Of a stretch of DNA of 40,176 nucleotides, positions 10,803-20,736 are shown in pieces. The number at the start of each line of letters is the position of its first letter. Positions within the stretch are counted from its first letter, which is position 1. The notes under the pieces were generated by a model. That model had not been told where the DNA came from. It ran no database searches and was given only the letters and a program-made list of their open reading frames with translations. The stretch lies in IMG/VR virus record IMGVR_UViG_2698536646_000014; one strand, written 5' to 3'. Source of the DNA: a virus (lineage: Duplodnaviria; Heunggongvirae; Uroviricota; Caudoviricetes). Position numbers and translations under genes: made by a program.

Positions 10803-13800
10803 TACCGATATGCTCCACTTAACCGACCACCATCACGGGCCTGCTGTTGCATAAAGTCCGCTGCCGCTTTTTTCCCAAGGTCATAAACCACCTTCAGGGC
10901 AGCCGGACCTATCTGCCCGTTCGTGCCATCGTTATTGATCTCGATGTTGTACTGCGGGGCAAACATCGCCATACCTGAACCACCAATATCCGCCACAACC
11001 CCCAGCTTACCGTCAGCACCACGACGCAGTGGCAGAATGGCTTCAGGTCCCGCTTCCCCCATCACACCCGCGCCTTTTGCAAAAGCAAAAAACGTCGGAC
11101 GGTTAACCACCGTGCCACTGTAACGACTCAAATCAGCAGACTGATAAATCCCCCCATTGGCATTCAGGGAAAGGCTGCTGAGATCAAATCCCAGTACACT
11201 GCCAATCCCTTTTATCGATTTCATCATGGTTGCCTGCGCCAGGATTTTCGCCATATCTGACAGCACAGAAGAGGTGAAGGATTTGAAATTGAGTTTGCCG
11301 GTAGTGACAAAAGTTGCCAGGCCATTTCCCATGTTGCTGAAGGCTGACGAGAACACCTGTTCTGCTGTTCCTGCCGTATTATCTGCATCCACGGTAAAAT
11401 CCTGAAATGCACGCAGGACTCCGTTTTTCCAGTTACCCTGCACAACTTCAAGCTGTTGCCAGTAACGGCGATTCTCATTCAGTTGTCGGTTCAGGCTCTC
11501 CGTCAGCGCCTGCTCGGCCTTTCTGTAGTCATCCGTGTTATATGTTCCTTTCTGCTCACTATCCCGCCTCAACTGCTCCAGCTGTTGCTGGTATTTCTGG
11601 CGAAGACTCAGTTGTACCTGATATCGCTGCCGCTGCTGATCACCCATACCCACCGTGGCGATATCCAGGTCATGTTGCTGACGCTGAGCGCGCTCTTCTT
11701 CAGCCAGTTGACTGGTCAGCTGAATTGTTTTTTTCTTCAGCTCGTTGAGTGCCGTCTGTTTCTGAAGCTCCTGCTGTTTTACATCCAGCAGCGTCAGTGC
11801 CTGAATCAGTTCATCTTTACGGGCCAGCACACTCTTTTCATCTGCCGTCAGTTTTTTCCCGTCCAGGTCGCTGATGCGCTGCTGCAGAGCCAGAAGCTGT
11901 TTATGCGCTTCTGTCATCCTTTCCGTGGCAATGCCTGCTGACTGTCTGGCAGCAGCAATCTGTCCTTCCACCTGTGCCTGTTGCTGACTGTACTGCAGCA
12001 ATAACCGGGTGGCCTCATCATTACGGGGTTCGCGTGTTTTTTTCTTACCGGATGCCAGGGCTTTCTCGTAACGTTCATTTTCACGTTGTATCGCCGCATC
12101 CCTGACAGCCTGATCGGCGTACTGCATGGAATTAATACGCGCAATTTCACGCTGATGTCGTGCTGCTTCCGTTTCATTCATCCGGTTCAGTGCAGCATTT
12201 TCAGCATTACGGCGTTTCTGTTGCTCCTGATAATTCCGCTCTGCCTGCTCTTTTGCATCCTGCAAATCCTTCTGGCGTTTTTTCTCCTGAAGCTCGTTAA
12301 GACGCTGCTGATCGTACTCAACCTGAGAAGATGATGCCGTCCAGGGGAGTCTTTTCGCCCGCGACACTTTCTCCTGTAAAGCGGAAATCTGTTCATCCAG
12401 CGAGTCTTCACGACCAATATTCATGGCCGCATCCCAGAAACGACTCCATAAATCAGACAGATACTTCAGCGTACTGCCCAGCGCATTGAGGTTATTATCA
12501 ATATCCGCAGTACGCCGACCGGTTTCCTCTGCCAGTGCAGACATGGCTATCCGTGCCGCATCACTGGACCGCCCCTGTTCCCCAAGGACGCGTATCTGCT
12601 CAAGCTGAGTGGCAGTAAGAAAATGCAGCTCATTGTCCAGAGCCTTCGCGGCATTTACAGGATCATCCTTCAGCCGCTTAAACTGATTTATGGTATCGCT
12701 GACCGACTGGCCAACCGATCGCTCCATCTGTGCGGCAGCTCTCGCCACCATACCGATATCGTTTCCACGAAATGCACCACTCCCCACCACCTGAGCCAGC
12801 GCACCGGCTGCAGCATGTTGCGTAATACCATTCCCGGAAATAGCACGACTGAGCGTCCACAGCTGCCCGGCAGTGACTCCGGCATAATGCCCCGTCAGCG
12901 ACAACTGGCGGTTAAATTCTTCCCCCTCCTTCTGACCGTCATACCAGGCTTTACCCAGACCATAGACAGCCGCGGCAATACCGCCAATAACCCCGCCCAG
13001 CATCATGCCTTTCGGTGACATCAGTGTGTCTATCCATCCGGCACGGTTAGCCAGCGTTATTCCGGACCCCCTCAGCGCCCCTAAATTGCCGCGGGCCAGT
13101 TCACCTATCAGAACGCCTATCTCCTGGCGGGCTGCTGCACTTTTCAGACCCAGCGAATGCGTGGCTTTTCCTGCCTGCTCCATTTTGCGGATATACACTT
13201 CTGCAGCACTGCTTACCCCCAGCTGGGCAGCCTTAGCACGAAGCAACTCAGAAGATGAAAGATTCTGGCGGGTTGCCTGCTCTTTAAGCTGACGGATAAA
13301 CGCCACTTTCTGTCGGGTAGCCTCTTCCTCAGCCTGTGTAAGAACACGGGTTTTCGCCGTAACCTCAGAAATCAGCGCCAGATAATCCTGCTGACCAATC
13401 CCGCCACTGTTTCTGGCCTGTCGGATCTGCTGCTGAATACGCTGTAATTCCTGCAGCCCCGCACTGGCCTGTTTCACACTGTCAATCTGACGATAAAACG
13501 CAGCAGCCGCTTTATCCTGAGCCTCCGCCAGAGCCATGGCCTGCGCCTGTTCCTCGCGCATTTTCTGGCTCAGTGCCTCCATGCGCTGGCGGGTTTTCTC
13601 CACCTCGCGGGACATGCGTTCATGAGCCTGTGCGTTCTTCTCCACCGTCTGCGCATGGACGGATGCGGCTGTTGCAGCCGAAGAAGCCGCCTGCGTTGTC
13701 TGCCGGGCGGCCTGAGTCTGACGCTCCATAAAACGCTGCATACGGGCAGAAGACCGTTCTGCATCGCTGGCTGCACCATTCAGAAGGTTTTTGATACGGG

Positions 13801-13867
13801 GAATTTCATTTTTAAACTCTGCCGCATCAATCCCCAAATCAATGACCAGGTTGGCTATCTGGTCCAT
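10802..13867 (-). CDS. H: tail tape measure protein H
   Basis: Coiled-coil-rich ORF of about 1021 aa; N-terminus MDQIANLVIDLGIDAAEF and C-terminus ...NNDGTNGQIGPAALKVVYD... match lambda H ends. Start trimmed to the ATG preceded by GGAGGTG (track start is an alternative upstream codon). Confidence 0.88.
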   Translation of the reverse strand: MDQIANLVIDLGIDAAEFKNEIPRIKNLLNGAASDAERSSARMQRFMERQTQAARQTTQAASSAATAASVHAQTVEKNAQAHERMSREVEKTRQRMEALSQKMREEQAQAMALAEAQDKAAAAFYRQIDSVKQASAGLQELQRIQQQIRQARNSGGIGQQDYLALISEVTAKTRVLTQAEEEATRQKVAFIRQLKEQATRQNLSSSELLRAKAAQLGVSSAAEVYIRKMEQAGKATHSLGLKSAAARQEIGVLIGELARGNLGALRGSGITLANRAGWIDTLMSPKGMMLGGVIGGIAAAVYGLGKAWYDGQKEGEEFNRQLSLTGHYAGVTAGQLWTLSRAISGNGITQHAAAGALAQVVGSGAFRGNDIGMVARAAAQMERSVGQSVSDTINQFKRLKDDPVNAAKALDNELHFLTATQLEQIRVLGEQGRSSDAARIAMSALAEETGRRTADIDNNLNALGSTLKYLSDLWSRFWDAAMNIGREDSLDEQISALQEKVSRAKRLPWTASSSQVEYDQQRLNELQEKKRQKDLQDAKEQAERNYQEQQKRRNAENAALNRMNETEAARHQREIARINSMQYADQAVRDAAIQRENERYEKALASGKKKTREPRNDEATRLLLQYSQQQAQVEGQIAAARQSAGIATERMTEAHKQLLALQQRISDLDGKKLTADEKSVLARKDELIQALTLLDVKQQELQKQTALNELKKKTIQLTSQLAEEERAQRQQHDLDIATVGMGDQQRQRYQVQLSLRQKYQQQLEQLRRDSEQKGTYNTDDYRKAEQALTESLNRQLNENRRYWQQLEVVQGNWKNGVLRAFQDFTVDADNTAGTAEQVFSSAFSNMGNGLATFVTTGKLNFKSFTSSVLSDMAKILAQATMMKSIKGIGSVLGFDLSSLSLNANGGIYQSADLSRYSGTVVNRPTFFAFAKGAGVMGEAGPEAILPLRRGADGKLGVVADIGGSGMAMFAPQYNIEINNDGTNGQIGPAALKVVYDLGKKAAADFMQQQARDGGRLSGAYR

Positions 13868-14168
13868 AACGCACACCTCCGGAAATACCTTCCCCAAGAT
13901 GCATCAGTTCTTCGTCCGTTCGCTCCGGTATCCCGTTCTCTTCCGGTAAAAGGCTGAAATCAGCCACCGCAGCATCACTGCTGCCGGACACCATTCTCAC
14001 GATCAATGCCTTCAGCGAGGCAAACTGCGCATCCATCCACACATCACTGAAGCTCTGCATCCGGAAATAATCGCCCCACTGACCAAGCTCAGTGGCCGAC
14101 ATTTCCGACAGCATCCGCCGCCAGTCTGCCCGCCGGAACTCCCGGGCAAGCCGCATGACAAACTGCAT
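13839..14168 (-). CDS. T: tail assembly chaperone T segment, expressed as a G-T fusion by -1 programmed frameshift
   Basis: ORF in the -1 frame relative to G, overlapping the G 3' end and the H 5' end; conserved G/T arrangement of lambdoid tail operons. Confidence 0.75.
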   Translation of the reverse strand: MQFVMRLAREFRRADWRRMLSEMSATELGQWGDYFRMQSFSDVWMDAQFASLKALIVRMVSGSSDAAVADFSLLPEENGIPERTDEELMHLGEGISGGVRYGPDSQPGH

Positions 14169-14176
14169 TTCCCGCG

Positions 14177-14566
14177 TCAGGACTTTTCCGGCGTCAGCCC
14201 CTCATGCTCCAAATCCCCGGCATTATCAATGGCCCCCATACCGCTCAGCGACAGAACCATCTCCGCCCCCGCACCCAGGGCATCATACGACCATGTTGTA
14301 ATAACGGATGCGTAAAGCGTCTCAACATCCTGAGACTGTTCCGCATTCCACAGTGAGCGGGAAACCAGCCAGGCATTGATATCCATCCCCATCCGCAGAA
14401 AAGCAATCTGTCGTTCAGCCTCCGGCAGTTCTCCCTCCCCGGCATCAAACTTTGCCGTTCGCTGCTGAACAAACGTCAGATATTCAATTCTCTGCAGCCC
14501 GGACAGCTCACTGAGCACCACGGACTGTTTTTCATAATTAAACGTGTCCTGTTTCAGAAACATCAT
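14177..14566 (-). CDS. G: tail assembly chaperone G
   Basis: ORF MMFLKQDTFNYEKQSVVLSELSGLQRIEYL... resembles lambda G (MFLK... start); ATG-ATG start preceded by AGGTGGAG. Track start at 14605 is an upstream TTG running through a hairpin. Confidence 0.85.
   Translation of the reverse strand: MMFLKQDTFNYEKQSVVLSELSGLQRIEYLTFVQQRTAKFDAGEGELPEAERQIAFLRMGMDINAWLVSRSLWNAEQSQDVETLYASVITTWSYDALGAGAEMVLSLSGMGAIDNAGDLEHEGLTPEKS
14183..14189 (-). promoter_or_regulatory. candidate -1 frameshift slippery heptamer G-GAA-AAG for G-T fusion
   Basis: Heptamer lies 2 codons before the G stop, inside the window where the T frame is open; analogous to lambda G-GGA-AAG. Coordinates approximate. Confidence 0.45.
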
Positions 14567-14585
14567 GTTCTCCACCTGTAAAAAA

Positions 14586-14603
14586 GCCCCGAATAACCGG
14601 GGC
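14586..14603 (-). terminator. hairpin plus T-run between V and G (possible attenuator)
   Basis: gccccg-aataac-cggggc stem-loop followed on the minus strand by TTTTT, immediately before the G ribosome-binding site. Confidence 0.45.
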
Positions 14604-14623
14604 AAATGATGAGTATCGTCCTG

Positions 14624-15367
14624 TTAACCTGCTGCGCTGACAGTCACCGTAGCCACTGCCACAAAATTCCCGTCAGCGGTCATGCCCACAATGCTGACAC
14701 TGCCCTGCTTCACGCCTTTCACCGTGGCCACAAGCCCGTTCAGGGTCACCGTGGCAGTCTGTGGATCTGTCGAATGCACACTGATCGCTTTGTCACTGGC
14801 TCCGTCAGGTTTTACTGTAAAGGTCAGCGTGGTGGTTGCTCCCACTTTTACACTGGCAGATGCCGGTGCCACCGTCAGCCCGGTAACGCTCACTGTTTCA
14901 GTGCCTTCCTCTGCCAGATACGGACGCCCCACACCGCTGATTTTCACTGTGCGGGTCATCACGTCTTTTGAGGCAATGGTTTTACCCAGTGAACTCAGCC
15001 AGCCACGGAAAACATCAACAGTACCGTTGGGATATTTGATACGAAACGCGCAGACTTCACCGGAGTCGAACAACTGAACCAGTTTTTTCTGCCCGCTGTC
15101 ACCCGGACGCCAGGCCAGCGTCGCCGAAGTATCACCAACGGATTTCTGCCCCTGGGTTGTCGTTTTCCAGTCTGCATCTTCATCATCGAGATAAGTGTCA
15201 TCTTCTGCATCAGCGGTCATTTCGCCAGGTTGCAGATCCTTCACCATCGCAAGACGCAGCCAGTCAGTGTCCGATAAAGGGTTCGCAAACGCATCGCCCT
15301 TGCCGGTATACATCCAGAACGTCGTTCCCGCACCTTTCGTTTTTGCCAGTGGATTTGGTGTGGTCAT
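14624..15367 (-). CDS. V: major tail protein V
   Basis: MTTPNPLAKTKGAGTTFWMY...NGTVDVFRGW... matches lambda V, including the C-terminal Ig-like domain. Start trimmed to the ATG preceded by AAGGAGGTG. Confidence 0.92.
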   Translation of the reverse strand: MTTPNPLAKTKGAGTTFWMYTGKGDAFANPLSDTDWLRLAMVKDLQPGEMTADAEDDTYLDDEDADWKTTTQGQKSVGDTSATLAWRPGDSGQKKLVQLFDSGEVCAFRIKYPNGTVDVFRGWLSSLGKTIASKDVMTRTVKISGVGRPYLAEEGTETVSVTGLTVAPASASVKVGATTTLTFTVKPDGASDKAISVHSTDPQTATVTLNGLVATVKGVKQGSVSIVGMTADGNFVAVATVTVSAAG

Positions 15368-15377
15368 TACCACCTCC

Positions 15378-15791
15378 TTAATTCGTGTACGTGATCTGGT
15401 ACGTGATTTCCGCCATCGCCCAGGTGGCCATCTCATTATCACGTTGATAGTTAAAACCGAGTGGGATCAGGGTGTCGATGAGTCCGGAAAGTGCTGGTAC
15501 ATCATTCAAGGCCGGGAAAATGGTGCTCTCCATCCACATATCCAGCTCTGAATCCGGTGCCTGTGCCCGGATGAAGACAGCAATATGCAGAACAGCCTGC
15601 CAGTCATCTTCATCCGTCATTTTTCCGGTGTACTGAGCATCACTCAGCCACACCGCCACGGCAGGCAGTTCCTGCGCATCAACAAATGCCGGAAGCCCGT
15701 CAAAAAACGTGGCGCTGTCTCCACACTGTTCCCGAAGGCGTGCCAGTACGACCTGGCGGATTTGTGTATGTCGGTTCATCGGGTCAGCCAT
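15378..15791 (-). CDS. U: tail terminator protein U
   Basis: ...ATFFDGLPAFVDAQELPAVAVWLSDAQYTG... similar to lambda U (GATFFDGRPAVFDEADFPAVAV...). Confidence 0.85.
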   Translation of the reverse strand: MADPMNRHTQIRQVVLARLREQCGDSATFFDGLPAFVDAQELPAVAVWLSDAQYTGKMTDEDDWQAVLHIAVFIRAQAPDSELDMWMESTIFPALNDVPALSGLIDTLIPLGFNYQRDNEMATWAMAEITYQITYTN

Positions 15792-16354
15792 AACCTCAGT
15801 TGTTGTTTCAGTGCATACCCCAGCTGTTTCGGCATTTCCGCAGCAATGATGCGGTCGCGGGCATCTTCAAATGCCTGTGTCAGCGGTCCGGACAGCGGGA
15901 TTTTCACCACATCAATGGGGTAACGATTTTTGCCATCAATACGCCGCATCACATGCCAGCGACCATTCGCCAGTTGCTGAATAAACGCATCCCGGAAAAG
16001 ATATTTACCCACCTTCAGCACACTGCCACGGTACTGCAGTTTTCCACCACGCCGGGCCAGTCTGACCCGGGCTGTCCCCAGCTTAATGGCGGGCAGATTG
16101 CCCCGGTTAACGCGGATCCTGGCCGTCATTTTTCCTGACGGACTGGCTTTAAACACCCGGACACGCTGACGTACCAGTTTCAGGGGGATCCCTTTCACCT
16201 GGTTATCTCCCGCAACGGTATTCCCGGCAACCTGCCGGGTGGCAACCGAGACCGCTTTCTGTGCCACACGGTTTATCGCCCATGCGCTGGCCTGTGGCAC
16301 CATACGGGTATCAAGGCTGTTCAGATTGCGGATGGCATTCTCAAGCCCCTTCAT
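15776..16354 (-). CDS. Z: tail completion protein Z
   Basis: 192-aa ORF, same length as lambda Z; RBS AGAGGTG; position immediately upstream of U. Confidence 0.8.
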   Translation of the reverse strand: MKGLENAIRNLNSLDTRMVPQASAWAINRVAQKAVSVATRQVAGNTVAGDNQVKGIPLKLVRQRVRVFKASPSGKMTARIRVNRGNLPAIKLGTARVRLARRGGKLQYRGSVLKVGKYLFRDAFIQQLANGRWHVMRRIDGKNRYPIDVVKIPLSGPLTQAFEDARDRIIAAEMPKQLGYALKQQLRLWLTR

Positions 16355-16365
16355 CCCACACCTCT

Positions 16366-16641
16366 TTACTCAATAAAGATCATTGGCTTACCGTTAAAGC
16401 GTTCATGCCGTGTGACCGTCCATTGTTGTCCGTCATAAACAACGCGATCCCCGCGCCGTGGGCGGTATCCCGAAGAAAACACCACCAGAGAGACCGCAGG
16501 TCCGGACAGAGCATTCAGCTCTGCCAGTGTTTCTCCCGGGATCACAGTCATATCGACATCATTAATCGAGGCTGTCTTTCCCATCTTTCTGACCGTGATC
16601 GCATCCATACGCGCTGCCAGCCGGGAAAAGGGATCAGACAT
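16366..16641 (-). CDS. putative head-tail joining / head completion protein (FII-position)
   Basis: 91-aa ORF between the capsid module and Z; start overlaps the upstream gene stop (ATGTCTGA). Not lambda FII by sequence; assignment by position. Confidence 0.5.
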   Translation of the reverse strand: MSDPFSRLAARMDAITVRKMGKTASINDVDMTVIPGETLAELNALSGPAVSLVVFSSGYRPRRGDRVVYDGQQWTVTRHERFNGKPMIFIE

Positions 16642-16957
16642 TGAGTTTTACCGGCACTTCTTCTGCACTGGTTCCGGCATCTGCCCAGACAACCCCGACC
16701 AGCGGATCAGAGCCGCTGTTAGTCAGCTGAACTTTTCCGGACTTCAGATAAACCTTCTTACCCGTTTTCATGTCATCCGTTTTCAGCTTAGGCAGCATAA
16801 ACACACCTTCGGTCAGGCCGTCGCCTGTTTCACCCTGTGGAATATCGGTCAGTGCCACCGCAAAAACATCACCCACCTGCACCAGATCTCCGCTGCTGAT
16901 GGCTGCACTGGCAACAATCGCCACCGTTTTTCCTTCTTCTACAAAATTCTTTGCCAT
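16634..16957 (-). CDS. small head protein (DUF2190-like; putative decoration/stabilisation)
   Basis: MAKNFVEEGKTVAIVASAAISSGDLVQVGDVFAVALTDIPQGETGDG...; immediately downstream of the capsid gene; GGAGA RBS before the internal ATG. Confidence 0.5.
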   Translation of the reverse strand: MAKNFVEEGKTVAIVASAAISSGDLVQVGDVFAVALTDIPQGETGDGLTEGVFMLPKLKTDDMKTGKKVYLKSGKVQLTNSGSDPLVGVVWADAGTSAEEVPVKLNV

Positions 16958-17043
16958 AACTGTCTCCGCACAGCCCCGTTCAGGGGCTGATTTCAGGTAC
17001 AAAAAAAGCCCTTACGGGCCATCAGAGTTGTTGTCTGCGACGT

Positions 17044-19002
17044 TTACGCCGTACATTTCACCAGACCGCGGTGATCAACTGGCGCGACACCGGCGTCAAT
17101 ACGCACTTTCGTTGTCACGCCATCCACACTGAAGCCCTCCATCTGATCAATATATGGCGTATCCACACCGTTGAGATAAGCCACTTCAATCGTATCGGAG
17201 CCTTTTGACGCAGCCAGGTAGAAGGTGGTCTGGCTGTTATCATCAAGACGAGGCTCTGCAATAACGGTCGCAAAATCTTTCACCGGGTTAATAATACCGG
17301 CGTTAATGTCGGCCCCCTTGACACTTGAGGAGCGAATGACCTGGTTAGCAACAGACTCCATCGCCGTCGGTACCAGTACGAACGCAGGACGAATATTCAG
17401 ATGACGCTCCCCCTCTTTCTGAACGCGCATCAACTGGCGGGCTTTATCCAGCGATGCCACGTCCATTGCAGCGCTATCCAGTACGTTTGCATGTTTCGCT
17501 TTATCGAACAGACTTACATTATCTGTGGAGATTTTCGGGTTAGACGTCAGAATGGCATAAACCAGATCGGCAATAGTGGATTTCGCCGCACGGCCCAGTT
17601 TCATCGGGACATCGGTCAGCATATTCAGATCATCATTGATAATGGCCTGACGGGTGATACTGAACAGCTCGCCATAGGTCGCCAGTGCAATAGTGGCCTG
17701 TTTATCTCCGGTGGTGACGTATTTATATTCCGCCCCTTCACGCACCTGACGCAGAGCACTGAAGCCCCCCATACCCACACGATGGGCAATTTTAAAATCA
17801 GACAACTGACCTTTCCGCGTCCACTGTTCATAGGTTTCAGGGGCATCTTCCCAGCCCTGCAGAATGGCTTTGTTCGCAACATCCAGCAGAATATTACCGA
17901 AGTCAGACGTACTGTGTGTGAACGCCGCACCGACCATCTGCATCGGGTTATAACTGGAAACCCCAATACCCCGTTCAGTCAGTGACATACGGGCATATTC
18001 ACGCAGGGTCATCCCGTTGTAGACATTATCACGTTCGGTTTTTTCAAATCCGGCACGCGCCATCAGCGCCTGGCGGATCCCGTCCCCCACAAAATTACCG
18101 TTTCCGGCATAAATATGAGCCGGGGTATTTTTATTGGATGGCGTGGACTCGCGCCCCATCTCGTTCAACAGCTTTTCGCGGGCCTGCTCCAGCGAACATT
18201 CAGGATCGGCAAGACACTGAGCCTGCAGCGTCTGATAACGCCCGCCAAACATGGCAAACAGATCATTAATACCGTTTACACGCGCTTTTTGCTCTGCCAG
18301 TACCTGCGCACGGATACTGTTTTCATCCACCACGGGTGCTGCTGCCTGCACTGGCGTCCGGGAGGCTGCAGGTTCATCATCCTGTACGCGTGGAGCACTG
18401 TTGCGTGGCGGAGTAATCATGTTTCGAATGGATTCCGGCATCTTTTTAAATTCCTCTGTACGTTTTGACTGAATACATGCCATTGCCTTAACGGCTGGCG
18501 TCACCTGATCAGCAAATCCCTGTGCCAGACATTCGGCACCGGACATCCAGGTCTCATCCGCCAGCATGGCAGCAATTTCATCGGTGGTTTTCCCGGTTTT
18601 CTGTGCATAAGCGGGTAACAGAACCGCCTCAACCTTATCGAGCAGGTCGGCATAGGTGCGCATGTCCTCCGCATCACCGCCCGTAAAGCCAAATGGTTTA
18701 TGAATCATCATGAAGGTGTTTTCCGGCATAATGACCGGGTTTCCCACCATCGCAATGACCGACGCCATTGACGCCGCCACACCGTCGACATAAACGGTAA
18801 TGGACGCACCATGTGTTTTCAGCGCATTAAAAATGGCGATGCCTTCAAAGACATCGCCACCCGGTGAATTAATATGGAGATTAATGTGGGTGATATCGCC
18901 CAGTGCATTCAGATCACTGATAAACTGCTTCGCTGTAACACCCCAGAAACCAATCTCGTCATAAATATAAATATCCGCGTCACTCTGGTGACCAGCCTGC
19001 AT
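17044..19002 (-). CDS. ClpP-like (S14) prohead protease fused to HK97-fold major capsid protein
   Basis: N-terminal ClpP-like segment (...INSPGGDVFEGIAIFNALKTHGASITVYVDGVAASMASVIAM...) and long C-terminal capsid-like region, directly downstream of portal. Start uncertain (ATG at 19002 chosen; weak RBS). Confidence 0.7.
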   Translation of the reverse strand: MQAGHQSDADIYIYDEIGFWGVTAKQFISDLNALGDITHINLHINSPGGDVFEGIAIFNALKTHGASITVYVDGVAASMASVIAMVGNPVIMPENTFMMIHKPFGFTGGDAEDMRTYADLLDKVEAVLLPAYAQKTGKTTDEIAAMLADETWMSGAECLAQGFADQVTPAVKAMACIQSKRTEEFKKMPESIRNMITPPRNSAPRVQDDEPAASRTPVQAAAPVVDENSIRAQVLAEQKARVNGINDLFAMFGGRYQTLQAQCLADPECSLEQAREKLLNEMGRESTPSNKNTPAHIYAGNGNFVGDGIRQALMARAGFEKTERDNVYNGMTLREYARMSLTERGIGVSSYNPMQMVGAAFTHSTSDFGNILLDVANKAILQGWEDAPETYEQWTRKGQLSDFKIAHRVGMGGFSALRQVREGAEYKYVTTGDKQATIALATYGELFSITRQAIINDDLNMLTDVPMKLGRAAKSTIADLVYAILTSNPKISTDNVSLFDKAKHANVLDSAAMDVASLDKARQLMRVQKEGERHLNIRPAFVLVPTAMESVANQVIRSSSVKGADINAGIINPVKDFATVIAEPRLDDNSQTTFYLAASKGSDTIEVAYLNGVDTPYIDQMEGFSVDGVTTKVRIDAGVAPVDHRGLVKCTA

Positions 19003-19015
19003 CCTGAACCAGGAA

Positions 19016-20524
19016 TTATTCTTCGGACTGGTCGTCGGTGTGCTGCGGCTCCTGTCGTTTCGTTGCGGCACTGCTGCCTCCTTTATCACTGGCCGGATCG
19101 GTATCAAATACCAGATCCAGCTTGCGGTTTTCATCAATTTCGGCCTTGCGCCGACGTTTGACATCATCCGGATTACGACCACCTGCACGTACCCAGTCTG
19201 ATTCTGTCGCCGCTCCACCACGAATCTGGATTTTCCAGGCCTCAGCCTCCTTAACAGGGTCAATCCACGGCATCACCGGTCCGGAATACACCGCGGTATA
19301 CAGTGAAGAACGGTCAAGATCGCGGGGTAGCCTGATAACACCGGATGCCACAGCCTGTTTCAGCCATGCACGATACATCGGGCGGGTGACGGCACCAATA
19401 AACCAGTCCTGCAGGATCAGGTAGCCATCAGTAGATTCAACCAGCTCCTGACGCTGGGCGCTGTAAGTGCCGTTATAGTTGCGCGCTGTACTGGAAAAAC
19501 TCAGACGACTGCCCGCCGCCACGGCACGCAACTGACCATTACGAAAAGTTTCAAGGTTAGGATTGGGGCGATCCGACTTCACCATTCCGATTTCTTCGCC
19601 GGGTTTCAGATCGTCGTAAATAATGCCTGGCTGAATGGTAAGCTCGCGTTCCTTATCCTTGCTGCCATTACCATCCGGTTCATAGCTCTGCCCGTCGCCT
19701 TTGCGGATGTACATCCCCAGAGCAGCGGCGATCCTTGCTGCAGTCAGCTCATAATCTTCATAATCTTTCAGGGCACTGAGGCGGATCAGCACACCGGACA
19801 ACAAAGACGTCCCGCGCATCTGGTGCAGACGGCGAACAAATTTAAGATGCAGCATTCGCTCTGCATCCACTTCTTTGGTTTCCATCTGCCGTCCGGATAC
19901 GGGACGGCTTTTATACACCAGATATTTTTCGGGACGCCCCCAGTCATCAACAAACACGCCCTGATTCAGCCTGTTGCTCTCATCACTGGTCATGGGAATA
20001 AAGTCCGGCTCGAGCGCCTCCAGCCAGAAATGAACACCGGCAGAAGGCGTCAGGCTGTTTATGCGCCCGGAAACCATCTGGGCAAACACCTCACCATCGC
20101 GCAGCCAGGTACGCAGCATCAGACGTTCCAGCATCGGACGGGTAAACTGCCCGGTGACTTCCGGGCTGACAGACCATTCACTCCATCGGGTGCGAATCTC
20201 CGCAGCCAGGTCACGGGCAATGGCCCCATTGCGTAATACCGGATGTGGCTCGACAATAATCCCGTTTTTCCCCACCACCCGTTCTTCCAGCTTGTCAAAT
20301 ACACCAATAACCAGATCGTGGTTGTTATCAAGGTAACGGGCCTGCTCACGTAACGACACGGCCCCGTACTGGCTTAACTGGTCGGCAGTTCGGTTTTCCC
20401 GCCGGCCTTTGTGTGTCCGCGTCGTTTTTACGGCCTCATAAGCCTGGATCACCGCACGGGAACGCAGCCTTGCCGCTTTCCATCCTGGTGAAAAAACGCC
20501 AATCACATCATCAAGAATTGCCAT
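19016..20524 (-). CDS. portal protein (lambda B family)
   Basis: About 500-aa ORF following the gpW-like gene and terminase; start ATG overlaps the gpW-like stop (TGATG). Confidence 0.8.
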   Translation of the reverse strand: MAILDDVIGVFSPGWKAARLRSRAVIQAYEAVKTTRTHKGRRENRTADQLSQYGAVSLREQARYLDNNHDLVIGVFDKLEERVVGKNGIIVEPHPVLRNGAIARDLAAEIRTRWSEWSVSPEVTGQFTRPMLERLMLRTWLRDGEVFAQMVSGRINSLTPSAGVHFWLEALEPDFIPMTSDESNRLNQGVFVDDWGRPEKYLVYKSRPVSGRQMETKEVDAERMLHLKFVRRLHQMRGTSLLSGVLIRLSALKDYEDYELTAARIAAALGMYIRKGDGQSYEPDGNGSKDKERELTIQPGIIYDDLKPGEEIGMVKSDRPNPNLETFRNGQLRAVAAGSRLSFSSTARNYNGTYSAQRQELVESTDGYLILQDWFIGAVTRPMYRAWLKQAVASGVIRLPRDLDRSSLYTAVYSGPVMPWIDPVKEAEAWKIQIRGGAATESDWVRAGGRNPDDVKRRRKAEIDENRKLDLVFDTDPASDKGGSSAATKRQEPQHTDDQSEE

Positions 20525-20736
20525 CAGAACCTCGCCAGCCGGTACCCGGGATGCCCCCGTCGTCGTGTAATCAGAGCCGCAAGGCGGCGCTCCCACTCCT
20601 GCCGTCCCTGCCGGATCTCAGATAAGTTTTCCATGGTCATCTGCTGACCATTAAAGGTGACGGATTTTCCGTCCAGCACCGCCATTTCAGCTTCCGTATA
20701 ACGCTGAATCATGGCTTCAATATCATTCTGGTTCAT
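20524..20736 (-). CDS. head-tail joining protein, gpW-like
   Basis: About 70-aa ORF between terminase large subunit and portal; RRRG C-terminal motif as in lambda W; ATGA overlap with terminase stop; GGAGG RBS. Confidence 0.65.
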   Translation of the reverse strand: MNQNDIEAMIQRYTEAEMAVLDGKSVTFNGQQMTMENLSEIRQGRQEWERRLAALITRRRGHPGYRLARF

